Source of the DNA: an uncultured delta proteobacterium | GTDB taxonomy: Bacteria > Desulfobacterota > Binatia > UBA9968 | Reading direction: 5' to 3' | Assembly: GCA_963728565.1 (NCBI GenBank) | Contig: CAVSLC010000014.1 | Span: 1 to 64,000, forward strand | DNA length: 64,000 nucleotides | Shown here: positions 62,487 through 64,000 of the stretch, one piece after another | Layout: the number at the start of each line of letters is the position of its first letter | How positions within the stretch are numbered: position 1 is the first letter of the stretch | Notes under the pieces: model-generated | What the model saw: the letters and a program-made list of their open reading frames with translations, nothing else | What the model was told of the DNA's origin: nothing | Databases searched by the model: none | Program-made: the position numbers and the translations under genes

Positions 62487-62936
62487 ATGAAGAACCCTAC
62501 TGATAGATACAAAGCGCATGCGCAGCGCGTTCGGCGCGAGGCATGCCGCATGGCGCGCAAGGGCTCACCAGGACCTCCTGTAATCATTCCGAGACAGCGT
62601 GTTTCCCGAGATGAGGTTCAGCAGAAGACCGCTGGAAACTGTCACATGTGCGGGGATCGTCTCAAGCCCGGGTTTCAGATCGGCCATGTGAAGCCTTACC
62701 GACGCGGTGGACGATGCACCGTCAAGAACTGCCTCCCGATCTGCGCCGAGTGCAATCGGCTTAGATGGAGTTACCCACCTCGATTACTCCGTTTCATGCT
62801 CCTCTTCGGCCGCTATGCAAAGCAGGAGATCCGAGGCAAGAACGGAAAACCCACAGAAGTCGGTGAACGATTGCTTGAGCTCCACGTCAGGAATACCTGG
62901 AGGAATAGCAAAAGGAGCCGTAGGGAGGGGAGCTGA
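62487..62936 (+). CDS. HNH endonuclease
   Basis: CHMCG..GHVKPYRRGG..N.LPICAECN. Confidence 0.85.
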   Translation: MKNPTDRYKAHAQRVRREACRMARKGSPGPPVIIPRQRVSRDEVQQKTAGNCHMCGDRLKPGFQIGHVKPYRRGGRCTVKNCLPICAECNRLRWSYPPRLLRFMLLFGRYAKQEIRGKNGKPTEVGERLLELHVRNTWRNSKRSRREGS

Positions 62937-63373
62937 CGGCACTCCTCGCCATCGGCTTCAGTTCGAAACCCCTTTGTTGAAGCGGCGATCAGAGAAGTTC
63001 CGCCGCCAGCGACTAGCCGGAACTCGAATCAGGCGACCGGATGAGCCCTGATAGCGAAAGTACTCTGATCGAACCATCCGATACGAGGATTGCAGGTTCT
63101 CGTAGCATCTGTAACCAGCCCACAATAAAGAACAATTTACTAGCTTTGCCACTACTTTGTCGCATTAGAATTCCGGGCAAATTCGAATAGAACTGTCTCT
63201 GCGAGATTCGAATCGCGCTAAATCACGAGACGGTGACGTGCATCGCTGTCTGTTCGGAGACACTGGAGGTCCATACTTATAGATAAGCACACGCCGGGCG
63301 ATTTCTTCTTTAGGAATCCTGCTATATTGTACCGCTCAAGTCGTTTTGATCGAGTGGGATAAAAGGAGCAAGA

Positions 63374-64000
63374 ATGCAAGGTTGTTTAACTTTTATTGTG
63401 ACGGTAATCGGCATTTGTGTTTCAGCGTCAGTCTTCGCACAGGACACGAAACTAATTGAGGCAGCGAAAAAGGAGGGCGGGAAAGTCATCCTCTATGGCT
63501 CTCTTGAGCCGGATACGACGGAGTTCATCATAAAAAGCTTCGAGAAGAGGACCGGCCTCAAAGTCGAATATTGGCGAGCGTCGACAACCAAAGTTGTAGA
63601 TCGAGCCCTCAGTGAGTATAGAGCCAAAAAGGCGATGGTTGACGTCATTCTTGTGCACGACGCTGAGATGCGCCTCCTCTTCAAAGAGAAAGTCGTCAGC
63701 CGCTACGACTCGCCAATGTTTAAGGATTTTACGAAAGAGTCTGTGGACCCGCAATTGGGACCGCGATACCGCGATACGATCATCGGGATCGTCTATAACA
63801 AGAGCTTGATTAAGCCGGAGGAAGCACCAAAGTCGCTCGAAGATATTGTCAAACCTCAGTTTCGCGGCAAATTGGTCATGCCAGATCCTACTCAACACAT
63901 TACCACCACGTCGTGGGTGGCTAGTCTTCCGACAGTGATGGGAAAGGAAATGGCCGACAAGTTCGTTCGAGACTTAGCTGCGGCGAAACCGTTGTTCGTC
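63374..64000 (+). CDS. Extracellular solute-binding protein (AfuA-like), runs off the window
   Basis: Manual translation MQGCLTFIVTVIGICVSASVFAQDTKLIEAAKKEGGKVILYG..VEYWRAS; AAGGAG RBS. Confidence 0.88.
   Translation, partial: MQGCLTFIVTVIGICVSASVFAQDTKLIEAAKKEGGKVILYGSLEPDTTEFIIKSFEKRTGLKVEYWRASTTKVVDRALSEYRAKKAMVDVILVHDAEMRLLFKEKVVSRYDSPMFKDFTKESVDPQLGPRYRDTIIGIVYNKSLIKPEEAPKSLEDIVKPQFRGKLVMPDPTQHITTTSWVASLPTVMGKEMADKFVRDLAAAKPLFV

Larger units (their letters stand above)
61585..63170. mobile_element. Edge or remnant of a tRNA-Gly-integrated genomic island (right boundary uncertain)
   Basis: tRNA fragment, TTGGGCA direct repeats at 61706-61723, AT-richer DNA, nuclease genes; no integrase in window. 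Confidence 0.5.

Noticed and set aside
62954-62985. GTTCGAAACCC as a tRNA T-loop
   Set aside because: No cloverleaf or CCA end can be built.
25-63898. Numerous antisense and overlapping ORFs in the track
   Set aside because: Shadows of real GC-rich genes, with no independent motifs.

Overview
GC-rich bacterial DNA; the many orphan ABC/TctC binding proteins and catabolic hydrolases resemble Candidatus Binatia/deltaproteobacteria-like genomes (inference only). Housekeeping genes are few (glnE, lpxA, yacG). Main blocks: ankyrin/TauD/stand-alone A-T NRPS-like genes; two NitT/TauT ABC systems; an aldehyde:ferredoxin oxidoreductase divergent from a Tat-exported, selenocysteine-containing formate dehydrogenase operon (UGA 30118-30120 with SECIS hairpin, sigma54-type promoter, NrfD anchor, FdhE); a 2-oxoacid/acetoin dehydrogenase-like cluster with an atypical M24 enzyme; a hydantoinase/acetone-carboxylase-type operon; an amidase/M20/deaminase operon; and a tRNA-Gly(CCC) 3' fragment bordering a nuclease-bearing island. 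Many genes carry single-base frameshifts, densest at 27-37 kb, probably long-read errors. The most unusual non-coding signals are a ~155-nt structured element resembling an IS110 left end/bridge RNA fused to the leader of a transporter gene (44611-44788), phased 8-9 bp repeat arrays in operon junctions, and two MITE families. Family calls come from motif recognition; no searches were run.
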